From Alteromonas naphthalenivorans (GTDB taxonomy: Bacteria; Babelota; Babeliae; Babelales; CAIQNR01), in NCBI GenBank assembly GCA_047631715.1, contig JBLICC010000007.1:1-23921 (forward strand): a stretch of DNA of 23,921 nucleotides. The letters are read 5' to 3'. Of this stretch, positions 9,401 through 17,134 are shown in pieces. Each line of letters starts with the position of its first letter. Positions within the stretch are counted from its first letter, which is position 1. Under the pieces are notes generated by a model that saw nothing but the letters and a program-made list of their open reading frames with translations, searched no databases and was not told where the DNA came from. The position numbers were made by a program, and so were the translations under genes.

Positions 9401-10600
9401 GAAGATGGTCGAGAATTACAGCAACATATTGTAGAGTATGGTTCTACTTTGCGTGTTACGAACGGTCAAAAAGTAAAAGTTGGTGATCTTCTTGTAGAAT
9501 GGGATGTTAACGCCGATGTTATTGTAACTGAAAAAGGTGGTAAAGTAGAGTTTGTTGATCTTGTTAAGAACGTAACTCTTCAAGAAAAATTTGATGATCG
9601 TCAAGGGACAGAGCTTCAAATTCTTGAACATAAGAACGAAAAATATCAACCAGCTATTGCAATTATGAGTCCTTTAGGCGAAGAAGAAGCGCATTATTAT
9701 TTACCTTCAGGTGCATATCTTTCTGTAAAACATGGACAAGAAATCAAGCCTGGTGATATAATTGCAAAAATTCCACAAGAGGTTTCAAAAACAAAAGATA
9801 TTACCGTTGGTGGTTTACCACGTATTGCGGAATTATTTGAAGCGCGTATGCCTAAAGAAGCTACAATTTTGACAGACATTGATGGAACAGTTTCATTTGG
9901 TGGATTATATCGTGGTATGCGTAAGTTAACAGTTACTGATGCTGTAACTACACATGATTACTTAGTCCCTCGTGGAAAACAAATCAATGTTCAAGAAGGT
10001 GAAAAAGTAAAAGCTGGTGATCATTTAACTGCTGGGGAACCAGTACTTCATGATATTTTACGTATTCTTGGTCCAGATGTAGTACAACGATATATTGTTG
10101 ATCATATTCAAGAAATTTATCGATTACAGGGTATTGATATCAGTGATACGCATATTGAAGTTGTTGTTAAGCAAATGATGCGTAAAATTCAGGTAACTGA
10201 TGCTGGAGACGCTGATTTCTTAGTTGGTGATAAAGTTGATCGTATTCATTTCCAAACAATTAATGAAATGCTTAAAGAACAAGGTAAAAAAGTCGCTAAA
10301 GCGGTACCGGTATTTATGGGTATTACGATTGCCTCGTTGTCTACAGAGAGTTTAATCTCTGCAGCAGCCTTTCAAGAAACAACACGAATTTTAACAGAAG
10401 CTGCAATTTCAGGAAAAATAGATTATCTTTACGGATTAAAAGAAAATCTTGTAATTGGTAAGCTTATTCCTGCTGGTACAGGTATTCCATCTTTTAGAAA
10501 AAAATACTTGGGTGATGATTTGTCAGATCTTGAACGTCAAGCTCAGGTAGAAGAACAGAAGGTTCGACAAGATGAAATGCGTGCCAAAGGGGTAAAATAG
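6470..10600 (+). CDS. rpoC: DNA-directed RNA polymerase subunit beta'
   Basis: N-terminal Zn finger, catalytic NADFDGD (7850-7870), trigger loop EPGTQLTMRTFH followed by an SI3-type insert (~9260-9808). Overlaps rpoB by 8 nt; AAGGAGG RBS. Confidence 0.99.
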   Translation: MNNQMLERFKEYINVTQFNAFRVGLASPEKMKSLSYGEVKKIETINYRTLKPEKDGLFCARIFGPQKDWECNCGKYKRMKHRGVTCEKCGVEVIQSRVRRERMGHVELVAPVCHIWYLKGIPSYLGLILDMPVKELERVIYFDSVVVLNQGNSPYPRKTLLTSSEIEQYMDAHPEDLMFKAESGAEAIKELLAAINLQEEVVFLKEAYKKTNSVATRHKLIRRIRTLTSMAQANLRPEWIIMEILPVLPPDLRPLVALEGGRFASSDLNELYRRVLNRNIRLRRLLEIEAPGVIIKNEKRMLQESVDALIDNGRRGQPVRGSNKRPLKSLSEMLRGKQGRFRQNLLGKRVDYSGRSVIVVDPELKIDQCGLPKKMALEIFKSYVYGGLLQREMAPNLRVAKKMVEDSVPEVWDVLEDVVKTRPVLLNRAPTLHRLGIQAFWPILVDGKAIKIHPLVCSAFNADFDGDTMSVHLPLSDKAVKESVELVMSSKNILSPSNGQPVTVPSQDMILGLHYMSKVRCNVQGEGIIFSSVAEVITAFQCERVSLHARIKVRFGVDSIVETTVGRVLLFDILPKGADFDLINKILRKNDLKKLIQVVYAKFPRKEVIEFLDKIKKYGFYYSTMSGASFGIEELLKPHNMDKILKDGDKEINKVEALYQDGVITNGERKNKVVSTWFRATSEITNQMITSFEEQDEIAYRNKDGKNQPFNSVYMILASGAKGSKAQIKQLVGMRGLMSKPSGEIIETPVRTNFRDGLSVFEYFISTHGARKGQADTALKTANSGYLTRRLVDVSQDVVVSIQDCGTLGYRTILDLKESGDIIYSVNERVYGRTLAADLKDMVTGEIICKQGQIVDRAMVQKIGKSAVSQVLVRSVLMCQAKRGVCAQCYGFDLARSHIVDIGATVGIVAAQSIGEPGTQLTMRTFHIGGTASGSAAQPLWKSKHDATVELRDISTVINRDGDQIVLSRRGEISLRSEDGRELQQHIVEYGSTLRVTNGQKVKVGDLLVEWDVNADVIVTEKGGKVEFVDLVKNVTLQEKFDDRQGTELQILEHKNEKYQPAIAIMSPLGEEEAHYYLPSGAYLSVKHGQEIKPGDIIAKIPQEVSKTKDITVGGLPRIAELFEARMPKEATILTDIDGTVSFGGLYRGMRKLTVTDAVTTHDYLVPRGKQINVQEGEKVKAGDHLTAGEPVLHDILRILGPDVVQRYIVDHIQEIYRLQGIDISDTHIEVVVKQMMRKIQVTDAGDADFLVGDKVDRIHFQTINEMLKEQGKKVAKAVPVFMGITIASLSTESLISAAAFQETTRILTEAAISGKIDYLYGLKENLVIGKLIPAGTGIPSFRKKYLGDDLSDLERQAQVEEQKVRQDEMRAKGVK

Positions 10601-10603
10601 TGA

Positions 10604-10625
10604 TATACTTATGATTAAGTATAAT
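10604..10625 (+). promoter_or_regulatory. Candidate -10 box (TATAAT 10620-10625) overlapped by an 8-bp inverted repeat, upstream of tRNA-Val
   Basis: TATACTTA-tgat-TAAGTATA at 10604-10623. TATAAT ends 7 nt before the tRNA. No convincing -35. Confidence 0.35.
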
Positions 10626-10632
10626 GGTTGTC

Positions 10633-10707
10633 AGGCGCGTAGCTCAGTGGTAGAGCATTGCTTTGACGTAGCAGGGGCCAGCGGTTCGATCCCGCTCGTG
10701 CCTACCA
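10633..10707 (+). tRNA. trnV: tRNA-Val (anticodon GAC)
   Basis: Cloverleaf: acceptor AGGCGCG/CGTGCCT, D arm GCTC/GAGC, anticodon stem TTGCT/AGCAG with loop TT-GAC-GT, T arm AGCGG-TTCGATC-CCGCT, discriminator A, encoded CCA. Confidence 0.97.
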
Positions 10708-10736
10708 AATTTAGCCAAAGTATAAAATAGAATATA

Positions 10737-11003
10737 ATGATAGTTGAACCAATCGTAAGAGTGATTATGAACGATATTAAAAAGCATGATAAAGACACCG
10801 GTTCTGCACAGGTGCAAATAGTTAATTTGACTAACGACATTTCTCGTTTGTCACAACACACAAAAGCGAACAAGAAAGATCATAGTTCTTATCGTAGTGT
10901 TTTAAAGAAAGTTGCAACACGTAAAAGATTTTTAAAGTATTTAAAACGTACTGATATTGAAATGTATAAAAAAGTGCTTGCAGCTGTTGGGCTCAAGAAG
11001 TAA
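10737..11003 (+). CDS. rpsO: 30S ribosomal protein S15
   Basis: DTGSAQVQI, H..ANKKDH, LKYLKRTD...GLKK; 88 aa; upstream of pnp. Confidence 0.95.
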   Translation: MIVEPIVRVIMNDIKKHDKDTGSAQVQIVNLTNDISRLSQHTKANKKDHSSYRSVLKKVATRKRFLKYLKRTDIEMYKKVLAAVGLKK

Positions 11004-11041
11004 TAGGGATGTTTTAAATTTATAATTATAGAGAGACGTGT

Positions 11042-13126
11042 ATGTCCAAAAATACGTTTGAGATGCCAAAACAGAATATAACACTTAAAGTGAATGAGCT
11101 TGCTCGTCAAGCTGACGGATCAGCTTTACTTCAACAAGGTGGAACTGTTCTTTTGGCAACTGTTGTATCGGCTCCTGCTAAAGATTTTCCAGGGTTTTTC
11201 CCTTTGATGGTTGATTACAGAGAACCTTTTGCATCAGCAGGAAAAATTCCAGGTGGATTTTTCAAAAGAGAAGGTAAGTCTACAGATAGAGAAGTTTTGA
11301 CATCACGTATTATTGATCGTGCTATTCGTCCTCTCTTTCCTAAAGATTATTTTAATCAGCTTCAGGTAAACGTTACTGTTTATTCTGTAGACAAAAAACA
11401 TGCACCGCATGCATTAGCAGCACTTGCTGTTTCTACTGCGTTAAGTGTTTCAAAAGTTCCATTTATAGGTCCAGTTGGTATTGCTGAAATAGGCCGTATT
11501 GATGATAAATGGGTTATTAATCCAAACTATGAACAACTTTCTGAATCTGATGTAAAAATTACAGTTGTTGGTACCAAAGATGGTATTTGCATGGTAGAAG
11601 GTGCAACCAATGAAATTACTGAAGAAGAATTCATAGAAGCACTTTTCTTGGCACATGATTCTCTTAAAGAACAAGTTGAATGGCAAGAAGAAATTGTTAA
11701 AGAATATAATCCAGTAAAAGAAGGTTCTTCTCTTACTATCGATTGGGATTCTTGGGAAAAACGTTCTCGTGATTTCTTAACAAGCGATCGCTTGCAAACT
11801 ATTTTTGATAAACAAAAAGCTGAACGTAAAGAAGCTATCAAAAAAATTAAAGAAGATTTTGCAACTCAATTTGAGCAAGAATTAACAACTGATGCTGATT
11901 CAAAGCCTATTATTGATTATATTCTTGATGCTCAACTTAAAGAGCGTTTGACTGCTGTTATTTGTGAACAATCAAAACGTGTTGATGGTCGTTCTTTTGA
12001 TCAAGTTCGTTCTATCGAAACAAAAGTTGGTTTATTACCATTTACGCATGGTTCTGCTGTGTTTACTCGTGGTAGTACACAAAGTCTTGCAACATTAACA
12101 CTTGGTAGTGGGCAAGATGAGCAAAAAATAGAAGATATTATGGGTGGAGAAGTGGACGGTTCATTCATGTTGCACTACAATTTCCCTCCATTTTCTGTAG
12201 GAGAAGTGAGACCATTAAGACCGCCTTCAAGACGTGAAGTTGGTCATGGTCATTTAGCTGCTTCTGCATTCCGTTACATTTTGCCAGATAAAGACTCTTT
12301 CCCATACACAATTCGTGTAGTATCAGATATTTTAGAATCTGATGGGTCAAGTTCTATGGCAACAGTATGTAGTTCTACTATGGCATTCTTGAACGGTGGC
12401 GTTCCAATCAAAGATATGGTTGGTGGTGTTGCTATGGGTCTTCTTAAGAGTGACAAGAGTGACTTTAAGGTTTTAACAGATATCACTGGATTTGAAGATG
12501 CTTTTGGTTTAATGGACTTTAAAGTTGCGGGTACCGAAAGTGGTATTACTGCGATTCAGATGGACATTAAATACAAAGGTGGTTTACCACGTGAAATATT
12601 TGAAAAATCATTGGCACAAGCAAAAACTGCTCGTCTTCACATTATTGGTGAGATGAAAAAAGTTATGTCAAAACCAAATGAAAATATGTCTGATCTTGTT
12701 CCTCAAGTTGCTTCTTTCAAGATTGACTCTAATAAGATTGGTGCTGTTATTGGTAGCGGTGGTAAAGTTATTCGAGATATTATCGACAAAACTGCGACTT
12801 CTATTGATATCGAAGACGATGGTATGGTCAAAATTTTTGGTCAACCTGGTCAAGGTATGGAACGAGCTGTTTTGTGGGTTAAAACACTCGCTGGTCAGAT
12901 CGAAAAAGGTATGGTTTTTGATGGTGTTGTAAGACGTATTGCTGATTTTGGAATTTTTGTAGAACTTGTCCCAGGTAAAGATGGCCTTGTGCATGTTTCT
13001 GCTATTCCTCGTGAAGAGCAACGTGACTTAGAGCAACATTACCCTACTAACTCTTCTATTAAAGTAGAAGTTGTTGAATATGACAAAGAACTTGATCGTG
13101 TTCGATTACGCTTTGTTCAAGGGTAA
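11042..13126 (+). CDS. pnp: Polyribonucleotide nucleotidyltransferase (PNPase)
   Basis: GKIPGGFFKREG, HYNFPPFSVGE, RREVGHG, MDFKVAGT; KH domain (IGSGGKVI) and S1 domain (DGLVHVS). Confidence 0.98.
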   Translation: MSKNTFEMPKQNITLKVNELARQADGSALLQQGGTVLLATVVSAPAKDFPGFFPLMVDYREPFASAGKIPGGFFKREGKSTDREVLTSRIIDRAIRPLFPKDYFNQLQVNVTVYSVDKKHAPHALAALAVSTALSVSKVPFIGPVGIAEIGRIDDKWVINPNYEQLSESDVKITVVGTKDGICMVEGATNEITEEEFIEALFLAHDSLKEQVEWQEEIVKEYNPVKEGSSLTIDWDSWEKRSRDFLTSDRLQTIFDKQKAERKEAIKKIKEDFATQFEQELTTDADSKPIIDYILDAQLKERLTAVICEQSKRVDGRSFDQVRSIETKVGLLPFTHGSAVFTRGSTQSLATLTLGSGQDEQKIEDIMGGEVDGSFMLHYNFPPFSVGEVRPLRPPSRREVGHGHLAASAFRYILPDKDSFPYTIRVVSDILESDGSSSMATVCSSTMAFLNGGVPIKDMVGGVAMGLLKSDKSDFKVLTDITGFEDAFGLMDFKVAGTESGITAIQMDIKYKGGLPREIFEKSLAQAKTARLHIIGEMKKVMSKPNENMSDLVPQVASFKIDSNKIGAVIGSGGKVIRDIIDKTATSIDIEDDGMVKIFGQPGQGMERAVLWVKTLAGQIEKGMVFDGVVRRIADFGIFVELVPGKDGLVHVSAIPREEQRDLEQHYPTNSSIKVEVVEYDKELDRVRLRFVQG

Positions 13127-13129
13127 GTA

Positions 13130-13906
13130 TTGAAAAGAATTGATGGGCGTTTACCAGATCAGGTGCGCCCAATTTCTGTTACCTACGGTATCTGTGGTAA
13201 CGCTCATGGTTCAGTTTTATTCTCACTTGGAAATACTAAGGTGCTCTGTACTGTTATGATGCAGGATGGAGTTCCTCATTTTCTACGTGGTAAGGGTGCA
13301 GGATGGCTTACTGCTGAATACACTATGTTGCCTGCGGCTACTCAAAGTCGAACCCAGCGCGAAGCTTCTACTATGCGTCGCAATGGAAGGTCGATAGAGA
13401 TTTCTCGTCTTATTGGGCGTTCATTACGTTCTGTTATTGACCTTAAAGTTTTAGGTGAACGTACTATCTATATTGATTGTGATGTTATTCAAGCTGATGG
13501 TGGTACTCGTACTGCTGCTATTACTGGTGCATATTGTGCATTGCGTCAAGCTATTGATAAATGGAAGCTTGATTCAAAAATTTCTGATAACTTTTTAATC
13601 GATACGCTTGGAGCTTTATCGGTAGGGCTTTCTGGCAATCAAGTATTGCTTGATATTAACTACGAAGAAGATCGTTCCATTGACGCTGATTTTAATTTTG
13701 TTATGACGGGTTCGGGTAAAGTTGTTGAGATGCAAGGTGCAACAGAAAGCGTACCATTCGATTGGTCATTAGTTGATGATATGCGTAAACTTGCTCAAAA
13801 AGGTATTAGAGAAGTTTTGTCTCAAGTTGACGAAGTTGAGCTATCATGTCAATCTTCTTCCAAACATTTGTCAGTTACTATAGGTGATCTTCAAAAACAA
13901 CGATAA
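13130..13906 (+). CDS. rph: Ribonuclease PH
   Basis: GWLTAEYTMLP, EISRLIGRSLR, DVIQADGGTRTAAITG; TTG start 3 nt after the pnp stop. Confidence 0.96.
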   Translation: MKRIDGRLPDQVRPISVTYGICGNAHGSVLFSLGNTKVLCTVMMQDGVPHFLRGKGAGWLTAEYTMLPAATQSRTQREASTMRRNGRSIEISRLIGRSLRSVIDLKVLGERTIYIDCDVIQADGGTRTAAITGAYCALRQAIDKWKLDSKISDNFLIDTLGALSVGLSGNQVLLDINYEEDRSIDADFNFVMTGSGKVVEMQGATESVPFDWSLVDDMRKLAQKGIREVLSQVDEVELSCQSSSKHLSVTIGDLQKQR

Positions 13907-13918
13907 AATAAAATCATC

Positions 13919-14866
13919 ATGAAAATGCGCACGTTTTTACAATTTTGTACTAACTCAGAACTTCAGAAAAAGCCGCTTATTCTTTTTACAGCAAAAGAGT
14001 ACCCGGTTCTTTTTTTTGCTACTCTTCTCGATCGATTAAGAAAAAAATATACTCCTGCTCCTAAAACAATCTCATTTTTAGATACTGATTTTGTATCTTT
14101 GCAAGCACAGTTGAGTACAACATTTTTGGGCCAACAAGATATTATTTGGTGTGGTAATATTTCGGGTTTAGATGCCTCTACCAAGAAAAAAATGCTGCCT
14201 TTTTTAGCAACCTATACTGGCCCGCATACACTTTTTTCTTTTATTACTACCAAAGATATTACTGCTAGTGTAGATAAACAAATAATTATTAATCTTGATG
14301 ATCCATTATCGCCGGCAGAGCGAGAACAATTAATTACATTTTTATTTGATCGTTTGCAATGGAAGCAAGTACATGAGCTTACAAAAGAGAGCTATAAAAC
14401 TATGTCACTTGATACAGTAGTTCTCCTTGCGCAGTATAGATTAGTACTTGGAAAGAACACTGATCTGTTTATGCAACAATGGTTCGAAAAACTTTTGGTT
14501 CCAGATGAATCACTTTTTACACTTACACAATGGTTTTTTTCTCGTAAGCCGCAACATTTTTTTAGAACTTGGCATGCGATAAAAGATAATTATGCCCCAG
14601 TATTTTGGACAATGTTCTGGTCTGAGCAATTATGGCGCGCGCACTATGCATTAAGTCTACGTAAACAAAACAAATTAGCTGAAGCAAAGCAAATGGCTTA
14701 TAGACTACCTTTCTCTTTTTTACAGCGAGATTGGAAAAATGTTTCTGAGTCAGAGCTTCAAAATGCGCACGATTTTTTGTACACTGCGGACTTTAATATT
14801 AAAAACGGTTCATCGGATCTGTTTTTAGAAGTATTTTTTAATAATTTTTTCTCTAAGCAATTTTAA
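13919..14866 (+). CDS. holA: Divergent DNA polymerase III delta subunit (HolA-like)
   Basis: 315 aa. N-terminal PLILF; LSTTFLG resembles the HolA 'SLF' clamp-contact region; C-terminal LYTADFNIKNG matches the HolA L..AD..IK.G signature. By-eye match only. Confidence 0.65.
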   Translation: MKMRTFLQFCTNSELQKKPLILFTAKEYPVLFFATLLDRLRKKYTPAPKTISFLDTDFVSLQAQLSTTFLGQQDIIWCGNISGLDASTKKKMLPFLATYTGPHTLFSFITTKDITASVDKQIIINLDDPLSPAEREQLITFLFDRLQWKQVHELTKESYKTMSLDTVVLLAQYRLVLGKNTDLFMQQWFEKLLVPDESLFTLTQWFFSRKPQHFFRTWHAIKDNYAPVFWTMFWSEQLWRAHYALSLRKQNKLAEAKQMAYRLPFSFLQRDWKNVSESELQNAHDFLYTADFNIKNGSSDLFLEVFFNNFFSKQF

Positions 14867-14876
14867 GGGGTAATCT

Positions 14877-15272
14877 ATGAAGCAACTATTAAAACTTTTA
14901 TCTATTGGTTTATTACTTTCAACAGCATGTTATGCAGCAGAAAGTAGCGATGACGAACAAAGCGCACAATTTAATACAATATTTAATGAACAAAAAGAGC
15001 AATCTAACTGCAATAGGCAAGATCTTGTTTTCTGTTCTATTGGTGGCGTATCAATAGATCCTGCTCGTATGCAGGATGAAAAACTTCGAAGCCAAGCAGT
15101 AACAAATGCTGCACGTGGAATACCAATGTCTGATTTAGATGAAGAGACTTGTTATGATCGACTTGTAGTAGCAGCAAAGGTATGGATAATAAGACCTGTT
15201 GAGCGTTCCCTTAGTTCTTTTGGAGATACATTAGGTGGCGGCGTAGAAGAAGAGTCTAAAAAAGAAGATTGA
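14877..15272 (+). CDS. Hypothetical secreted protein (paralog A)
   Basis: AAGGGG RBS; signal peptide MKQLLKLLSIGLLLSTACYA; acidic mature region. Confidence 0.8.
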   Translation: MKQLLKLLSIGLLLSTACYAAESSDDEQSAQFNTIFNEQKEQSNCNRQDLVFCSIGGVSIDPARMQDEKLRSQAVTNAARGIPMSDLDEETCYDRLVVAAKVWIIRPVERSLSSFGDTLGGGVEEESKKED

Positions 15273-15353
15273 TTTAGTTTATTATTTATAGGAGTAGTAT
15301 ATGAAATTAGTATCAGTTTGTTTGTTACTTTCAACCGTATGTTATGCTGCAGA
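14913..15353 (+). repeat. Dispersed 29-nt direct repeat encoding the shared signal-peptide end (copies 14913-14941 and 15325-15353)
   Basis: ttactttcaacagcatgttatgcagcaga vs ttactttcaaccgtatgttatgctgcaga, 26/29 identical. Confidence 0.85.
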
Positions 15354-15720
15354 TGCAGAAACTCAAACAGAAACTGAAAAAAGATTAGAAGATATTACTA
15401 TTAAAACTATTGTGCAATCTCGTCAAACAGATGGTGTAGGCTCACCGTTTGTTGAAGTGCCTATTTCTGAAAAACAGAAAAAAGTTTCTTTTATTCCAGT
15501 ACAAACTGAACCAAAAGCATCTGTAGTTATTCCAGCATACGAAACAATAGTTGTAAACCAACCTCCTATGCCTTTAGAACAAAAAAAAGACTGTTGCCAA
15601 AGAGTGGTAGCTGTAGGGATTGGTGTTATTGTGGTAGTCAAGAATAGAGCAATTAATCTATTGGGTTCTATAGATCGATTTGTACCTAAATATAAAAATA
15701 CAAAAGAAAAACAACAGTAA
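15301..15720 (+). CDS. Hypothetical secreted protein (paralog B)
   Basis: AGGAG RBS; signal peptide MKLVSVCLLLSTVCYA; hydrophobic stretch VVAVGIGVIVVV near the C-terminus. Confidence 0.8.
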   Translation: MKLVSVCLLLSTVCYAADAETQTETEKRLEDITIKTIVQSRQTDGVGSPFVEVPISEKQKKVSFIPVQTEPKASVVIPAYETIVVNQPPMPLEQKKDCCQRVVAVGIGVIVVVKNRAINLLGSIDRFVPKYKNTKEKQQ

Positions 15721-15741
15721 CTATTTAAAATATTTTACTAA

Positions 15742-15768
15742 GGGGCTCTATGAAGAGTCCCTTTTTTT
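15742..15768 (+). terminator. Rho-independent terminator
   Basis: GGGGCTCT-atga-AGAGTCCC stem (one G-U pair) followed by T7, about 20 nt after the 15720 stop. Confidence 0.85.
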
Positions 15769-15885
15769 AAGCTTAAGTTTTAACGATAAGAAACTTGTTT
15801 CATTGCTTTTTCCCCTATATCTATTACCTTATACTTTTATTAATTTTATAAGTTCAATTTTTATTTATATATCATTAGGGATTAT

Positions 15886-16158
15886 ATGAACAAGCAATTA
15901 TTTTTATTTTTATTGTCTTTGGCAGTAATAGGGGAAACATTTTCTACAGGACAAAAGGGTGAACTTACTAATCGTGAACGTAAAAAAAATGTAGCTAGAA
16001 GTAATAGTCTGTATAGATCATTACAAGATATGGAAGATAAAGAAATGGATGAGAGAGAGGCTCGTGAACTTGAAGCACAAGAACAAAAATCTCTATTATT
16101 GTTAGAACAAGCAAAAAAAGTATGTGTAGAATTGAGTAAGTCAGAAAATGATAAATAA
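15886..16158 (+). CDS. Hypothetical secreted, charged/coiled-coil-like protein
   Basis: AGGGA RBS; MNKQLFLFLLSLAVIG signal-like N-terminus; E/K/R-rich helical body. Confidence 0.7.
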   Translation: MNKQLFLFLLSLAVIGETFSTGQKGELTNRERKKNVARSNSLYRSLQDMEDKEMDEREARELEAQEQKSLLLLEQAKKVCVELSKSENDK

Positions 16159-16504
16159 AAAGTTTTTAGTACTTGCATTATTAACAACAGCATCTTTGGT
16201 TAAAGCAACAGAAAGAAGTGGGAATTATGCTGCTTTAATAGCACAAATTGCTTTATTAACTAATGCTACTCCTCGAACTAATGTTGTTGCTAATCTTTTA
16301 GATCCGCAACCAGATTTAGAGCAAATGGGAATAGATACAGCTTTAGTAGTATTGTCTGAAAAAGAGCAAGAAAAAGCTGCCAAGAAAAAAACACCAAGTT
16401 TTCATGTTAAAAAACCTAAACAGTCAATTAATCGTTATGGTAAACAACAACAAAAACGTGTTGGAGTAGGTGGCTACAAAAATACTGGTCGAAGTCAAAA
16501 GTAA
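16148..16504 (+). CDS. Hypothetical secreted protein with basic C-terminus
   Basis: Overlaps the previous ORF by 11 nt; signal peptide MINKKFLVLALLTTASLVKA; K/Q-rich tail. Confidence 0.72.
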   Translation: MINKKFLVLALLTTASLVKATERSGNYAALIAQIALLTNATPRTNVVANLLDPQPDLEQMGIDTALVVLSEKEQEKAAKKKTPSFHVKKPKQSINRYGKQQQKRVGVGGYKNTGRSQK

Positions 16505-16510
16505 GTAATT

Positions 16511-17134
16511 TTATTTAAATTTATCTGGTTGAATAATGCCACCAGAGATAATTAATGACATTGCTTCTTGTGTGGTTAAATCAACAACAGTGAAGTTTTT
16601 CTTTGGCATAATAGCAAAATAACCGGTTGTAGGATTGGGAGTCGTTGGTATAAAGATATTATAAAACGGCTCTTTTTTATTTGGGGATAGTTCTGGAGTA
16701 AGCTCGCTTGTTAAAAACCCAATACTATATGTCCCTTTGAGGGGGAATTCTACGAGAACTACTTCTTTAAAGGTATCGGTGTCGCTGGGAGAAAAAGCTT
16801 GCACCAATTGTTTAACGCCAGTATAGACAGGGGCAATCAGTGGTACGTTAGAAAGAAGCATCTCAAAAAGATCGATAATTGATTGAATGATAAACGATCG
16901 TAAAATTATTCCAGCCGAAAATATAAATAAAATAACTAAGATGATTTCGCCATGCGGAATAAGATTAATGTAGGGGATATTAAGTTGTTGTAGAGGTGCT
17001 AACCAGCTTTTAATAAGTTTAAAAGTAAATGAAAAAAAACTTGCAGTAATAAGAATGGGGAGCAATGCGAGTAAACCATTAACAAAAAAAGATTTAATGA
17101 GATTGTATGCTTTTCTAAAAAGAGAGGTTTTCAT
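16511..17134 (-). CDS. DUF502 family membrane protein
   Basis: GLLALLPILIT, VLVEFP, FIPTTPNPTTGY and AMSLIISGG motifs; ATGA overlap with glmM. Confidence 0.9.
   Translation of the reverse strand: MKTSLFRKAYNLIKSFFVNGLLALLPILITASFFSFTFKLIKSWLAPLQQLNIPYINLIPHGEIILVILFIFSAGIILRSFIIQSIIDLFEMLLSNVPLIAPVYTGVKQLVQAFSPSDTDTFKEVVLVEFPLKGTYSIGFLTSELTPELSPNKKEPFYNIFIPTTPNPTTGYFAIMPKKNFTVVDLTTQEAMSLIISGGIIQPDKFK

Noticed and set aside
9260..9814. Large insert in the beta' trigger loop
   Set aside because: Matches the known SI3 insertion in position and size, and has no intein motifs. The extra Val in DITVGG is minor.
10663..10669. G37 in tRNA-Val(GAC)
   Set aside because: The TTGACGT loop is known from other Val-GAC tRNAs, such as plastid trnV-GAC.
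166..13021. Many 60-117 aa antisense or alternate-frame ORFs inside rpl, rpoBC, rpsO and pnp
   Set aside because: They overlap well-conserved genes and have no recognisable motifs; they are expected shadow ORFs.
15680..15889. 69-aa hydrophobic ORF
   Set aside because: TTG start inside the upstream gene, runs through an intrinsic terminator, and its hydrophobicity reflects T-rich intergenic DNA.
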